Positions 38,671 to 51,430 of a DNA stretch of 64,000 bases are shown here, in pieces; position 1 is the first letter of the stretch, and each line of letters begins with the position of its first letter. The notes beneath the pieces are model-generated. The model saw only the letters and a program-made list of their open reading frames with translations, had not been told where the DNA came from and did no database searches. The translations under genes and the position numbers were made by a program. The DNA is from Camelus ferus (lineage: Eukaryota), in the NCBI RefSeq assembly GCF_009834535.1, contig NC_045696.1:49478001-49542000 (forward strand). The letters are read 5' to 3'.

Positions 38671-41600
38671 TATTTGAGGGGTTAAGAATATTTTCTAAAG
38701 TATGAAGGAGAATGTGACTAACAATGGAAGAGTTTTGGAAAGAGCAGAAGAAAGCTCCCTAAAGAAAAAGGCACCTGGTCAGGGCCCGCAGTTGGCGTAG
38801 TCTCATCACAGGAAACTGAGAGGTGATGTTGGGCGAGAGGAGACAGGCAGAGGCTGTAAATGCCTTCAACTCTGGGCGGATGCATGTTAGGGACCAGGAC
38901 TGAGCCCTTCCGTGGCTAAGCCCTGGTTCTGATGACGCGTCCTGTAACAAGGCTGCCTGTACTTTAAGGCTACCAGACTGGAAAGAATATAATCTTTGGT
39001 GTTAGACAGGCTTGAGTTCAATTCTTACCTCTGCCACCTACTAGCTCTGTAACCCAGGGCAAGTTTTTTCACCTTTCTAATACTGTTTCTTTATCTTAAA
39101 AAACAGAAGTAATATCATCTAGCTCATATAGTTATTATGACTAGGAAATGTGAAAATGCATAAAGAGCAATGATAAAGCAAAGGCTCACACAGTCCAGTC
39201 CGAGAAGGATGTCGTGATCAAAAGAAGGGTCCAGCGAGCAAAATTCATCTTAAAATAAATCAGTACCTTTACTTATATTTTTCAATTCTTTGAGGGAGTA
39301 AGCAATGATCAAATCAATATTTCTTTTTTGTTGTTGTTGTTACCATTTTATTCCTTACCCTTCTCTTTAGTCCTTACCCTATCACCACTTCTCATCTGTC
39401 TCTTTTATTTGGTACATAGTAATCCTTATTATATAATTAACTTAAATTGTTTGGAAACTATTTCAATATTTCCCCCCAATTAATCTGCTGTGGGGCCTCT
39501 AGCGTTTCCCTGCCTTTCCCTTCTCCGGCCGTGAGAGGGGCAGTCACTGGGCAGATGGCAGGAGTCCAGGTTAAGAGATTTGGCTCTGCTTCACAATGTC
39601 ACAAGGAGGCGACCAGAATTAGCTCTTAGAGAACAAGTTTCTGTCTCCTCCATTCGACTCAGAACTGCCTAGAGCTGTCTTCTGACTTAATGGAACTTCC
39701 AGGGATAACATAGAGGGAAATTTTTCATCTTAGTGAAAAAAATTTTAAGTTGAAATAGACATGGGCTAGGAAGGTTTCAGATCTCATCTAACCTCTTGGT
39801 AGTTTGTGAATTAATACAGCAAGACATCTTGTACAAAGTGGTGTTTTCTTCTAAAACCCTTCTTCTTTCCTGGAAACAAAGGATCATTATTATGTATCTC
39901 TGGACACGTACAAGGTTTAGTAACAATAAACACCCAAACTGAAGAAGAAATAAACAACCATCAAACAACTGTCTGTTGCTGGGTTTGGCATTCTACTTGC
40001 CAACATGATATGTCATAATGTAGAACCAACTCTGGAATGTTGAAGAGATTTTGCTCTCGTAAGTGTAAACATAACCTTGAAACAGAAAAGACAAGAGCTA
40101 ACATGGCTTATTCACATGCTGAAGTATCTAACATGAATCTATTAAAGACGTGACTGAAAATAATATGAATACAATTATTTTAACATGCTGTACTTGATGT
40201 GCAGAGATTGTCAGATGCATATGTCCTCTTATAGTTACAGAATCTCCAGGTCAGGCTCTAGGAAGGGATAGCTTTTAAAACAGAAGCAAAACAAAACCAA
40301 ACAACCCTGAGAAACCAGCAGCGCTGGCTGCTGCTGGCATGCCACAGTTCGATCACTGTCCTGCCACTGCTGAGGCCATGGCGTGCACTGTGACAGCTCT
40401 CAGTTCAGTTCAACATGCAGAACAAATGCTCCCTGGATGCTTGTAATGGCCCAGCCCTGGAATAGACAGGTACCACATTGCTACTACTAAACCACAGTGT
40501 GTGAGACCACGTGCAGGGCCTTTGAACTTGCTGTGGCCTCTGCCTGAAAGCTCCCACGGCCCCCTTTCTGCCTCCATTCTCCTTCTATATTTCTCAGGGC
40601 AGCATTCCTGGGACTCTGACTTGGTCTTCCCTCCTTCATGTGTTCTCATACTTGGATTGGTTTGTGTGGTTCTCCGGTTAATGTCCATGTCCTCCATGAA
40701 CTTAAACTCCAGGGGAGCTCGTCATTGTGTCCCCAGTGGCAGACATGATGCCTGGAAGATAGAGGCTCCCAAATGCTGGGTGAATAAATGAAAGAATATA
40801 GGCAGGGAGTAGCAAGAGATAACAGTGTGGAGATTGTTAACAATTAGGTCATGTAATACCCAGGGGCCTTTACCTTGAACCATGGTGTAAAGCCAAGGGG
40901 AATGGGAGGATTTAATCTGTCTAGGGAAATAGTTCTCTAGCAGGCTTCAGCTCTGACTTCTGCATGATGGCAAGGTCTCATAGTAAAGGGATCATTCTTC
41001 CACTAACCTATGCAGCCTGGAACAAACCCTCAGGCCAAGACCGAAACAAAATTCAGCTAGAGTCCAATAAGACTGAAATGACCTTGGGCTCCCTCGAGAT
41101 AGTGATGGGTCTCACTGATCCTTTTGTGCCCAGAAGCTTATTGGCACATATTCAGCCCTCAGCAAATTCCATAAGCCTACCTGTGAGGGGAGGCTTAGAG
41201 CAGCCCTGATATCTACGCCAGGCAGGAGACCCAGTGACTCAAGGATCGAGGCAGGATGCATGCCCGGGGCAGTATTCCTCTTCCCATGAACAACACTCTT
41301 AGATGGAATCAAATGAATGAGTTCTCCTTACCCTGCAGTAATTCAGCAGTAAGCAAGGATTTATGTCACATTACTTTCTGACCTCCAGAAAAGAACATTT
41401 AATCAGTCATTTCAATACAAATGAAATTCTCAGTTATCACACTTCATCAGGATTCCAGTGAATCCTGCCAGAATTAAATCATGAATTACTAATCAGTGCC
41501 ATCACCCAGTGTGGGCAATCAGAACCTGTCTGATGCTTGTAAGTAAGAAGTATTTTAAAAGGTGTCTGGCAGTTGCTTATTAGATTTCTCTGTAATGGTG

Positions 41601-42564
41601 GTACAGCTCATAAGTAAATACTAATTCTCTGATTATTGCCTCGGTCTTTTTCTTCACAATTATCACCATTGTTATGATCGTATCACCACTGTTGAAACCA
41701 TCCCCTTCTGCTTTCACTTACTAAGTCATTTGGTGACTACTGTGAAGGTCAGTTCTAGGCATGAGAGGGAGGGGGTGGGGGAGAGGAAGGATGAATGAAT
41801 GAATGAACGAAGACTTGTTGCTGGCCCGCTGGCCCGCGGGAGGGGAGATAAGAGACTGCTGACTGGCAATGAAAGCCGCACGTTCTCCCGCACAAGGAAT
41901 GGACTCCCAGAGAAAAGGGATCTTTCTTTTCTAATCCTTCTGAGAATTGTTCAAAATGTGGATAGTCTTTCTTCTTTTTACCTCCCTGCTCCACTTCCTC
42001 TTTCACCTGTTTTCTCTAGTAATTAGGAGGAGCACATCACCTCTCTCAGGATCTCACAGTATCCAGTGATTACTTATGGCTAGTTGTGTTCTGTGCATTT
42101 TTCTTGTATAGATATGAGATAACTTTAAAAATATGTAACAATACAAAATTTTAAAAATAGGTAACTGAAGGAATTACTGCCAAGAGGGACAAAGATAAAG
42201 CCATCTCGATGAAAGCGATAAATTCAGATTCACTCGGTGATCTATAGGTTCACAAAATCATAGTGAGCCAGTTGCAGAGAAGCATAGCTGCTCCTGATGC
42301 AGAGACTGCCCGGACCCTCCTCTGGAGGGCGCGGTGGAGCACAGCCCGCAACAGACTCACAGAGTGACGATGGCTGACCTCTGCCAGCAGCCCTGCTCTT
42401 AGGCAGCCCGCCAGCGTCTAATGCCAGTGCTCACTTCCCAAGTGCAGTTCTGCAGTGACTACGAACGTGATCCCAGTCAGTTTGAGGCAATCTGAGCTTT
42501 CTCTGCAAATACTTCATATATCCTGAAGGCAGTCTTTTTGTGCATTATTTCGTATTACCTACCT

Positions 42565-44050
42565 TTTTTTTTTAATTGTCTCATGGATATTATTTTTTTA
42601 ATTATTTTTATTGAAGTATAGTTGATTTATAGTACTGTGATAGTTTCTGGTGTGCAGCAAAGTGATTTGGTTATACATATGTCTATATCTATATATATTC
42701 TTTTTCATGTTCTTTTCCATTATGGTTTGTTTCAGGATATCAAATATAGTTCCCTGTGCAACACAGTAGGACTTTGTTGTTTATCTATTCTGTATATAGA
42801 AGTTTGTATCTACCAATCCCAAACACCTAATTTATCCCTCCTCCCATGCCCTTTCTCCTTTGGTAACCATAAGTTTGTTTTCTATGTCTGTGGAGTTGTT
42901 TTCTGTTTTGTAAATAAGTTCATTTGTCTTTTTTTTTAGATTCCACATGTAAGTGATATCATGTGATATTCATCTTTCTCTGATTTACTTACTATGATAA
43001 TCTCTAAGTCCATCCATGTTGCTGCAAATGATATTATTTCATTCTTTTTTATGGCTGAGTAATACTCCATTGTATATACATACCACATCCTTTTTATCCA
43101 CTTATCTGTCGATGGACATTTAGGTTGCTTCCATGTCTTGGCTGTTGTGAAATAGTGTTGCTATGAACATTAAGGTGCATGTATCTTTTCAAGTTAGAGT
43201 TCCCTCCAGTTATATGCCCAGGAGTGGGATTGCTGGATCATATGTCTATTTTTAGTTTTTTAAGGCACCTCCATACTGTTTTCCATAGTGGCTGCACCAA
43301 TTTACATTCCCACCAACAGTGTAGGAGGAGTCCCTTTTCTCCACACCCTCTTTAGCATTTATCGTTTGTGAACTTTTTAATGATGGTCATTCTTACCAAT
43401 GTGAGGTGACACCTTATTGTAGTTTTGATTTGCATTTCTCCAATAATTAGCGATGTTGAGCATCTTTTCATATGCTTGCTGGTCATCTGTATGTCTTCTT
43501 TGGAGAAATATCTGTTTAGGTCTTCTTCCCATTTTGTAATTGAATTATTTGTTTTTGTTGTTGTTGTTATTGAGTTGTATGAGCTGTTTGTTTATTTTGG
43601 AAATTAAGCCCTTGTCGGTTGCATCATTTGCAAATTTCTTTTCTAGTCTGTAGTTTGTCTTTTCATTTTTTATGGTTTCCTTTGCTGTGCAAAAGCTTAT
43701 AAGTTTGACTAGGTTCCATTTATTTTTGCTTTTATTTCCATTGCCTTGGGAGACTGACCTAAGAACATTGCTGTGATTTATGTCAAAGAATGTTTTGCCT
43801 ATGTTCTCTTCTAGGAGTTTTATGGTGTCATGTCTTATATTTAAGTCTTTAAGCCAGTTTCAGTTTATTTTTGTGTATGGTATGAGGGAGTGTTCCTACT
43901 TCATTGATTTACATGCAGCTGTCCAGCTTTCCCAACACTGCTTGCTAAAGAGATGATCTTATCTCTACTGTATATTCTTGCCTCCTTTGCCAAAGATAAT
44001 TGACCATAAGTTTGTGGGTATATTTATGGGCTCTCTACTCTGTTCCACTG
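42565..44050 (-). mobile_element. LINE-1 3' fragment of cetartiodactyl type
   Basis: Poly-T start, ttattgaagtatagttgattta...cagcaaagtgatt 3'UTR motif, antisense ORF2 end; truncated near ctgttccactga. Confidence 0.9.
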
Positions 44051-44849
44051 AACCTTTCTTAATGAGTGGTGGGAGGCAGTGAGCCAGAAGTTACAGTGAC
44101 CACACAAGAATGTGAACCACTGGTGGCTCAGTAAGGTGAAAGAGGATGGTTGTAGGTGACTCTGCCAATAGAAATTACAATCTCTTCACAGAGCTGATGC
44201 CTGTCAAGCAGCTGCTCTCTTGCTCTCTTCACCCCAGACAGGTAGCCCTTTCTGATGCAGGCTTTGGAATGTAGTTCTTGACTTGGGCTAGCCTGAGGAA
44301 GGAGGGGTTGGTTACCTCAAATCAGCCTCCTTCTAGAAAGACCAAGGGAAATGGGGCAATGGTAGAACTCAAGAGGTTCAAGTCAACTATTGCTATAATA
44401 CCCTTGTATTTTCAACACCTGAACTAAACTGCAGATGACATATTATATAGCTTTCAGCACTCACCTCATGCCAGGCACTCTTCTAAGTACTTTATATGTG
44501 TGACAATTTCTCAGTTGTCACAATCATCCTACTAGAAAAGTACTGTTATTTTACAAGTGGGGAATGTGAGAAAGAGAGAAAGGTCAATAGACTTTACCAA
44601 GATCATACATCTAACCTAGAACAAAGCCAGGATTCAACCCCAAGAGTCTTGCTCTGGCACTCATGCTTTTAATAGCTAAGGTATACCACTTTTGCAAATC
44701 TTCAAATGGTTTGCAAATGTTTCCTAGCATGTATGCAAGTTGATAGGTCTAACGCGGTGGCTTCCTAGTAGTTGACAGCTACATGGAAATCTGTCTTCTT
44801 AGGAGCATTTGACTCCACTGACCCAGCATCTGGTACACAGTGTTCACCA

Positions 44850-45900
44850 ACCAACATTTGCTGAATTGGACTGACTGGTCCTGCGTCTGAAAACCCTCAG
44901 TCACCTTGGTTTCTCTAACATCATACCCCCTGGCTTTCTTTCTGTCCCTGTCTCCCCCTTTTCAATCTCCTTTTCTTCTGCTGGTACCTTACATGGAAGT
45001 GTTCCCCATTGATCCATCCTAGGCCCACATCTCTTCTCCCTGGACCCATCCTCCTTGGAGCTCTCAGTTACTCCAATTATTGTCTACATGCTGATGTCAC
45101 AAATAATTCATTTGCAGCCTGGTTTCACTCTAAGATTCAGACTCACATGATCAACCCTTTGCTGCAACTGAATGTCTCATATGCCCTCAAAATCAATCTG
45201 TCTAAAATTTACTTCATCTTCATGCCTCTGGCCCTTCTTAAATTTATTTTCCTCTGTTTATTTTCTCAGCTAATGACACCTTGATCCAAAAAGCTGCCCA
45301 AGCTGGAAAACTGGGATTATTTTGACCTCTCTCTTCCTTATTGCCTACATTCAGCCATTCACTAAGCCCTGCTGAGTCCACATTTGAAACCTGTCCACGT
45401 CCCTTCTCCCCCACAGCCTTAAACGTATAGTCCAAGCCACCCTTCATTTACCTGGAGATCGGAGCATCTTGTAAGGACTAGTTGGATATTACTTCCTCCA
45501 TGGGATCTTGGGATATAGCTTCTTCTTCCTTCTCTTTCATCATCCCTTTACTTCATGCTGAGTGCCTCCAACATTCTGATCAGACTTCAGTCCTCTCCCA
45601 CCTCGTCTGCCCACACTGCTTGGAACACTCTTCTCCTTACCACTTCTCCTTCTCCAACTTGTCTTGCTAATTCCTGTCATCCTTCAAGCCTAGCTGATAA
45701 GTCACTTGCTTCAAAAAGCCTCCCCTGAGCTCCTATGTCCTGGTTGTGTGTTCCTCCTCTGGAATCCCACAGCACAGTGTATTTTCTCTGCCATAATATG
45801 TAACATCTCATACTGCAATTCTGTTTTGATTGTTTGTAAGTGAAAGGAGACTGCAGTAACAACAAATTCCAAAATTTCATTTTGTTCATTTATACTTGAT
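44850..45900. mobile_element. L2 fragment
   Basis: Pyrimidine-rich L2 body motifs (atgctgatgtcacaaat, cctcaaaatcaatctgtctaaa, aagccttcccctga). Confidence 0.55.
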
Positions 45901-47613
45901 ATGATATAAATTTGTTTATCCTAACAAAGAGCCAACAAAGGGCCAAGCTAGTAGCTGGGTTCTCTGCTCCATAGTCATTCAAGAACCCAGGCTGTGGCAG
46001 CTCTGTCACCCTGCATCATAATATCTGGATAGTACATAGAGACAGATCATGGAAGATCACACAGGGGGCGTTTTGTAGTCAGGCCTTGATGACAACCATC
46101 ACTCTTACTCACAGTCCAATGCTTGGGATTTGGTTCCCGGCCACCACACCTAACTGCTCAGGAGGCTCAGAAGTGCAGTCTCTCTGTGGTGAGGAGAAGA
46201 GGACTAGGTTTGGTGATCACCCCGTAATCCACCACCCTGAACTTTAGTCTCATTAAACTGTCTACTCCATGGGATAGGGGCGAAATTCCTCTTTCTCTTC
46301 ACTTCATCCCCCATTCTGGTACATGCTGGGAACTGGCTGTTTGTTGGACAAATGAAGCTGTGCATATCCCATCTTGAGAACATTTTTCTGCCCACCCCAA
46401 TGCTGGCTGCCCATTTTTGTTCCTCATACAGCATCATGTGGGGCAGCCTCTAACACATCTCCCCATATCTGACTGGGTTCATGGAGCTAGGGTGTAGTGT
46501 GTCTTTGGTGTTGATTGCATTCATGGGTGTATTGCAAAATGATTGTTGTTGATTAGCTCTTGTGTAGACTACTTATAAAGCATGTTACCAGTTTACCTAT
46601 TTATCTTACATATACTTCTTTTAGAAATGTGATTACCCATGGTTTCTACTGAAGGCATACCCTTTCCCAGAATTGAGGTACCCGGCAAGTTGCCATGCTC
46701 TTCACTAACTAAAGTGTGAGGGTGAGTGAGCATCATGGCTGACACACTGTAAGGATATTGTTGAGAGTGTTGTACACATTATACAGTATCCTGTTTATAA
46801 AGACTGGGGGGAGGGGAATTCTTTTTAATCACAATAGAACAAATAATTGTGCTTCTTTTAAAAATTGACTGTTTTTCTCTAATAGTGTTCATCAATGGCA
46901 TAACATATGTTTTATTTCTTAGCATTGTCACTAGAAAGTTCTGGCCAAATGTGCAGCCCGTATCTACTAGGAGAAAACCACATCAAGAAACGCATTTAAT
47001 GTAATATCACCACTCAGGTTTCAACGAAACTCAGCTTGCTTTTTCTAATAATTTTTTCTTTGACCTATTTTCCCTTTCTATCCACTTCTTTTATCTTCCG
47101 GCACTGCATATTTATGGAAACCACCATAAATGTGTTTGGGAACAAGGGAGAAACACATATAAATAAAATCTATTAAAGATTTGTCTTCCCAAGAGACATA
47201 AACATGTTTCAGTGGGCTGTGGCTGGGTATTTTTCTTCTTCAGTCTACTTTGCTTTATCTCTAGAGATATTTTCAAATGAATATGAATTAGTCTTTCATT
47301 TTGAGGGGAAGAGAGGGAAGTGGAAAATGGGAAATGATGGCTTGTGAAGATGGAGATGATTCTGAAAGCTAAAAATTGAAGTACTTATTAAACCATATTT
47401 AGCATGTGAAAATGTTACGGGTAATTGGGAAAATCCACTGCAATGTAAGTTCCACGAGGTTGAGGGCTTAGTCTTCCTTACGCACTGCAGGCGGAGTAGA
47501 GCCTGGCACATAGCAGATACTAGAACAGTGTATTTTTAAAGTGTGAATGTAGTATACTCGGAGTTAGGGGAACTGGGTTAATATCAAAGAAATGATATTG
47601 AATAACTGGTATC

Positions 47614-48234
47614 TGTGGGTCCGTCACCAGTTGTGGGTTCTGGCCAGCAGAAGTCCCACCGAGACGGAACGAATTACTCAAGACTCTGTGGAAAAGTCAA
47701 GAGAGTGAGAGGGAGTCCAGAGCCAACTCCACGAGCCTCTGAAATCTCCCGTATTTATTGAGTACAGTCAAAGGAGGAATGCAGGAATTTAGGGAAGGAC
47801 AGGGTGGGATCACGATGAGTACAATGGCTTTGTTTATTGTTGGTGTTTGGCTCAAGGTCAGAAGACCCTTTTTGGTGAATCATGTTCATGTTGAGCCTTT
47901 CAGCTTATCAGGGCAGAACTATGAGAATCAGCTGCTTAACAACTTGGACTCAGGCTGTGCCTGTCTTAAGTTGCCCCTCTCAGAGGATCTTACCGGTCAT
48001 TGGCTAACCAGCCTTCTCACCTCTGAGTCTGCAGCTTTTTATAAGTTGTATACCATTCCAGCCGAAGGCTGTTTTGGGGATAGAAGACTATCTAACAGCA
48101 GGCACGCCCAGCGTTTATAGCCGGGGGCCTGGGTCGTTGCTAAAACCTCAAGGCAGTTACTAAGCACATCTTCTTTAAGGAGATAAGCAGCTGGGATCTG
48201 TTACAATTTGTTAACCCAATCATGGGCTCCCACA
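47614..48234 (-). mobile_element. young solo ERV LTR (probably class II / ERVK-like), 621 bp
   Basis: Perfect 6-bp TSD GGTATC at 47608-47613 and 48235-48240; inverted ends TGTGGG...CCCACA; minus-strand CCAAT (47999-48003) and AATAAA motifs (47833-47838, 47754-47759); CpGs retained. Confidence 0.9.
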
Positions 48235-48434
48235 GGTATCTAACCACAAGCATAGACCTTTTGAACTCAGTTTCATAATTCGTAACATGAAGCCATTGCA
48301 TTATGTATTCACCAAGATCCTTTCCAACTCTAATATTCCATGTTCTACATGCCACTCCTGTTAAGTATAGTGGCATATTTAAACATGTGCATGTAAATAC
48401 CTATGACAGTTTGGGAATTTTGTTTTCAGAATAG

Positions 48435-48503
48435 GATATCCAGCTCCATCTTCAACAGCCCTTGTGGATGTGAGTGCATCGACTCCAACTGTCACCCCTC
48501 AAA
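48435..48503 (+). CDS. CD96: CD96 exon 10 (stalk)
   Basis: tag| (R)YPAPSSTALVDVSASTPTVTPQ |gtgctc; 69 bp, phase 1-1; human RYPATSSVTLVDVSALRPNTTPQ. Donor is weak. Confidence 0.85.
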
Positions 48504-49026
48504 GTGCTCAAAGAGCAGGGCTTTCCTCATGTGGCTGAAAAGAGACAACATACGCACAAATTTCACCACAGCTGTGATAATACTGAGATTTGGGCAAAAC
48601 GCTTAGTGTTTTCATTTGATGTTGTTATTTTGGTTTTGAGTTACTCTGTGGCAAATTGTAATCTGATGACTATATATTGATATGACAGTCACTATAATCT
48701 TAAAAATATAGGTTGATGATTTGTTATTATTTTGTACCTTTCATTTGTTGTGGGATTTTAAGGTACTATTAAAGTAATCTTGACAATACTCCCAGTATCT
48801 GACTTGGTGACAGGAACAGAAAAAGAAAGAAAATCAGAGACAAGTTGGCATTAAACATAAACTACAGACTTTGGCTTAATATGCTAGCCAGTGTTCATGC
48901 ATAAAGAAGCATATTTTCAATTTCAGATTTCCCCCAAAATCATATAGATTAAAAATTCAGCACATCAAAGTAAAGTTAAATAATAGCTTTATAAGAAGGT
49001 TGGGTTCTAAAATTTTTGTCTTTCAG

Positions 49027-49098
49027 CCAGCAATTCCGATGTGACTACCCGAGGCTTCAGCTACTCTGAGACCTCCAGTGGGAAAGATGTCAAGTACT
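49027..49098 (+). CDS. CD96: CD96 exon 11 (stalk)
   Basis: cag| (T)SNSDVTTRGFSYSETSSGKDVKY |gtaagt; 72 bp, phase 1-1. Confidence 0.93.
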
Positions 49099-49662
49099 GT
49101 AAGTATAACTATGAGCCCCTTGGCGTCCTCTGGGTCTCATTCATTCATCCAACATATATATTGAACAACTACTCTGTGCCTTGTTTACGATCATATTAAC
49201 AAATATTTACAAGGCATCTGTCATGTTTAAAGGATTGTTGTAGTTGCTGGGGGATACACCTGCAAACAAAACGGGTCTAAGTACCAAATTCTGGTGGGGG
49301 AGAGACTGACAAATAGTGATAAGTGATATGGAAAAAATAAAGCAGAGAAGGGAGACAGTGAGGGTCAGGGGTGAGGGGGCCCTGCCATTTTAAACAGGGT
49401 TACTTACCGAGGAAGGGGACATCTGTGTTAGGAGTTACAACTAGTGGAAATTTTTAAAAGCAAACTGAGTAGATCTGGGGAAAGAGGAAATTAGCTAGAC
49501 TATGCCTATTACTAACAAAACTGAAAAGAGGGAGGTCAGTAGGAGGGACAGAAATGGTTTGTTACTTGTAATCTGACCACGTATCAGCAGCGTCTGCGGA
49601 TGCTGCTTTAGCAGGTATTAGCAGGGTCTGGAAAGGAAGTACACTGTGTCTCAGTGGTGTTA

Positions 49663-49719
49663 GACAAAGATCAGTGTGGTAAGAAGTGACAAAGATCAGT
49701 GTGGTAAGAAGTGACAAAG
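49663..49719 (+). repeat. perfect 25-bp tandem duplication (about 2.3 copies)
   Basis: gacaaagatcagtgtggtaagaagt twice, plus gacaaag. Confidence 0.95.
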
Positions 49720-50279
49720 GATGTGGCTGAAGCCAAGAGAACGAAGATCCTGGACCTCATGGGTGCAGAACTCTGAATTTAACTCCCAGGCTCTTTGCTA
49801 CAGAATACATGTGTGTGCCCCTTTTGAAAAGCATTTAAGTTGTACATTGAAAACCTCTGAAAGTCTTCTATACCCGCTGGCTCAGTCATCTCACTGCTGG
49901 GAACTTGTCCTTAGGAAATAAATCAAAGAGAGAAAAGGAACCTGCTGTAAAATCGCTCTTTGAGCATAATTTATTTATTGCATCTCTTTTATGGGCCTCA
50001 GTTTCACAGATTTACATTCATCGTAACCTTTAATTCATGACACACCTTCATCATTAGTCTGGGTACCACCGTCTATAATTTAATGCAACATATTTCTCTC
50101 AACAAATATGTTGCTATTATAATAGACACCTATGAACTCAGTACCCAAATACAAGACCTGAGAAGGCATTGTCTGGAGAGTCAGGAGAGCGAGGACATGA
50201 GGAGGATCCATCAGGCAGCAGAATCTAGATCTATGCCAGAGGTGGCTGTGAAAAGGGGAGACTAAACGGTAAATGGACA

Positions 50280-51430
50280 TGGGAACACTGATTATTTATA
50301 AGAAAAAAGCATTAAAAAGCACTTCCACCATGCACATTACACAAAAATAAACTCCATATAGTTTAAGATATTTATGTCAAAAGCTAAATATTAAAACATG
50401 TCATAAAATAAGGGTGAATTTCTTCCTGGCTTTGGCATAGGGAAAGGCTTAAAGAAGAGACATAAAGCACTAGCCATAAAAACGATTTAAAAATTAGAAT
50501 ACAATAAAATTAAGAAAATTCAAAAGAAAGTTGTTGGTTTTTTTTTTTTTTTAAAAAAGCAAGCCATAATCTGGGGGAAGATATTTGCCACACAAGTTTA
50601 GAAAATGATCAAGAATATATAGCTGACAAAGGATCAAAACGTTACATCAAGAATGCTTACAAATCAATTTTTAAAAAGACAGAGCAATAGGAAATGAGCA
50701 AACAGGCACATCACAGAAGATGAAACGCAAGTAGCTAGAAAACATCTGGAGATGCTCAGCCTCACTAATAATCAGGACATGCCAGGGAAGACTGTCACTG
50801 TGCTTGTCATCCATTTGCAAAAATTAACAAGTCTGGAATTGCTGCGTGGTATATAGGATGTTGATCAATACAATTTCTTATGTGTTGTTGATGAGAGTAT
50901 CAATTGGTACCGTCTCTTTCCATCACTTAAGTATTATGTTTTATAGCTGAATATCGTCATACCATACAATCCAGCAATTCTACTCCTAGGTACACACCGC
51001 CTGAAGACAAAGTATTACATGTATCCAGGAGATATGTACGCAGATGTTGGGGGGAAGACACTACTCATGATAACAAAAAACTGTAAATAATCTAAATGGC
51101 CATAGTTAGAAGAGTAGAAAAATAAATAGTATTGTAGTCATATAATAAAATATTATGGTTCAATGAAAAATGAGTGAAGGTCAGCCCCATACAACAGCAT
51201 GAGTGCATCTTGATAACACTGTCTTGAGGCAAAAAAGTAAACGCCAGGTGACAGTACATGGAATGATATTTTTAAATACAATTTAAAAGCAAGTGCAACC
51301 AAACAGTATATGGCTTAGATGTAATATGTGATAAAAATTTTAAAACTATATAAGTGACTAATACAAAACATTCAGAACAGCATTTGCTTCTGAATGGGCA
51401 TACAAGGGATGGGACAGGGAGTAAACATTT
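50280..51430 (+). mobile_element. old LINE-1 3' fragment (L1ME/MC-like)
   Basis: agatatttgccacac, gatgctcagcctcactaataatcagg, atccagcaattctactcctagg. Confidence 0.7.
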
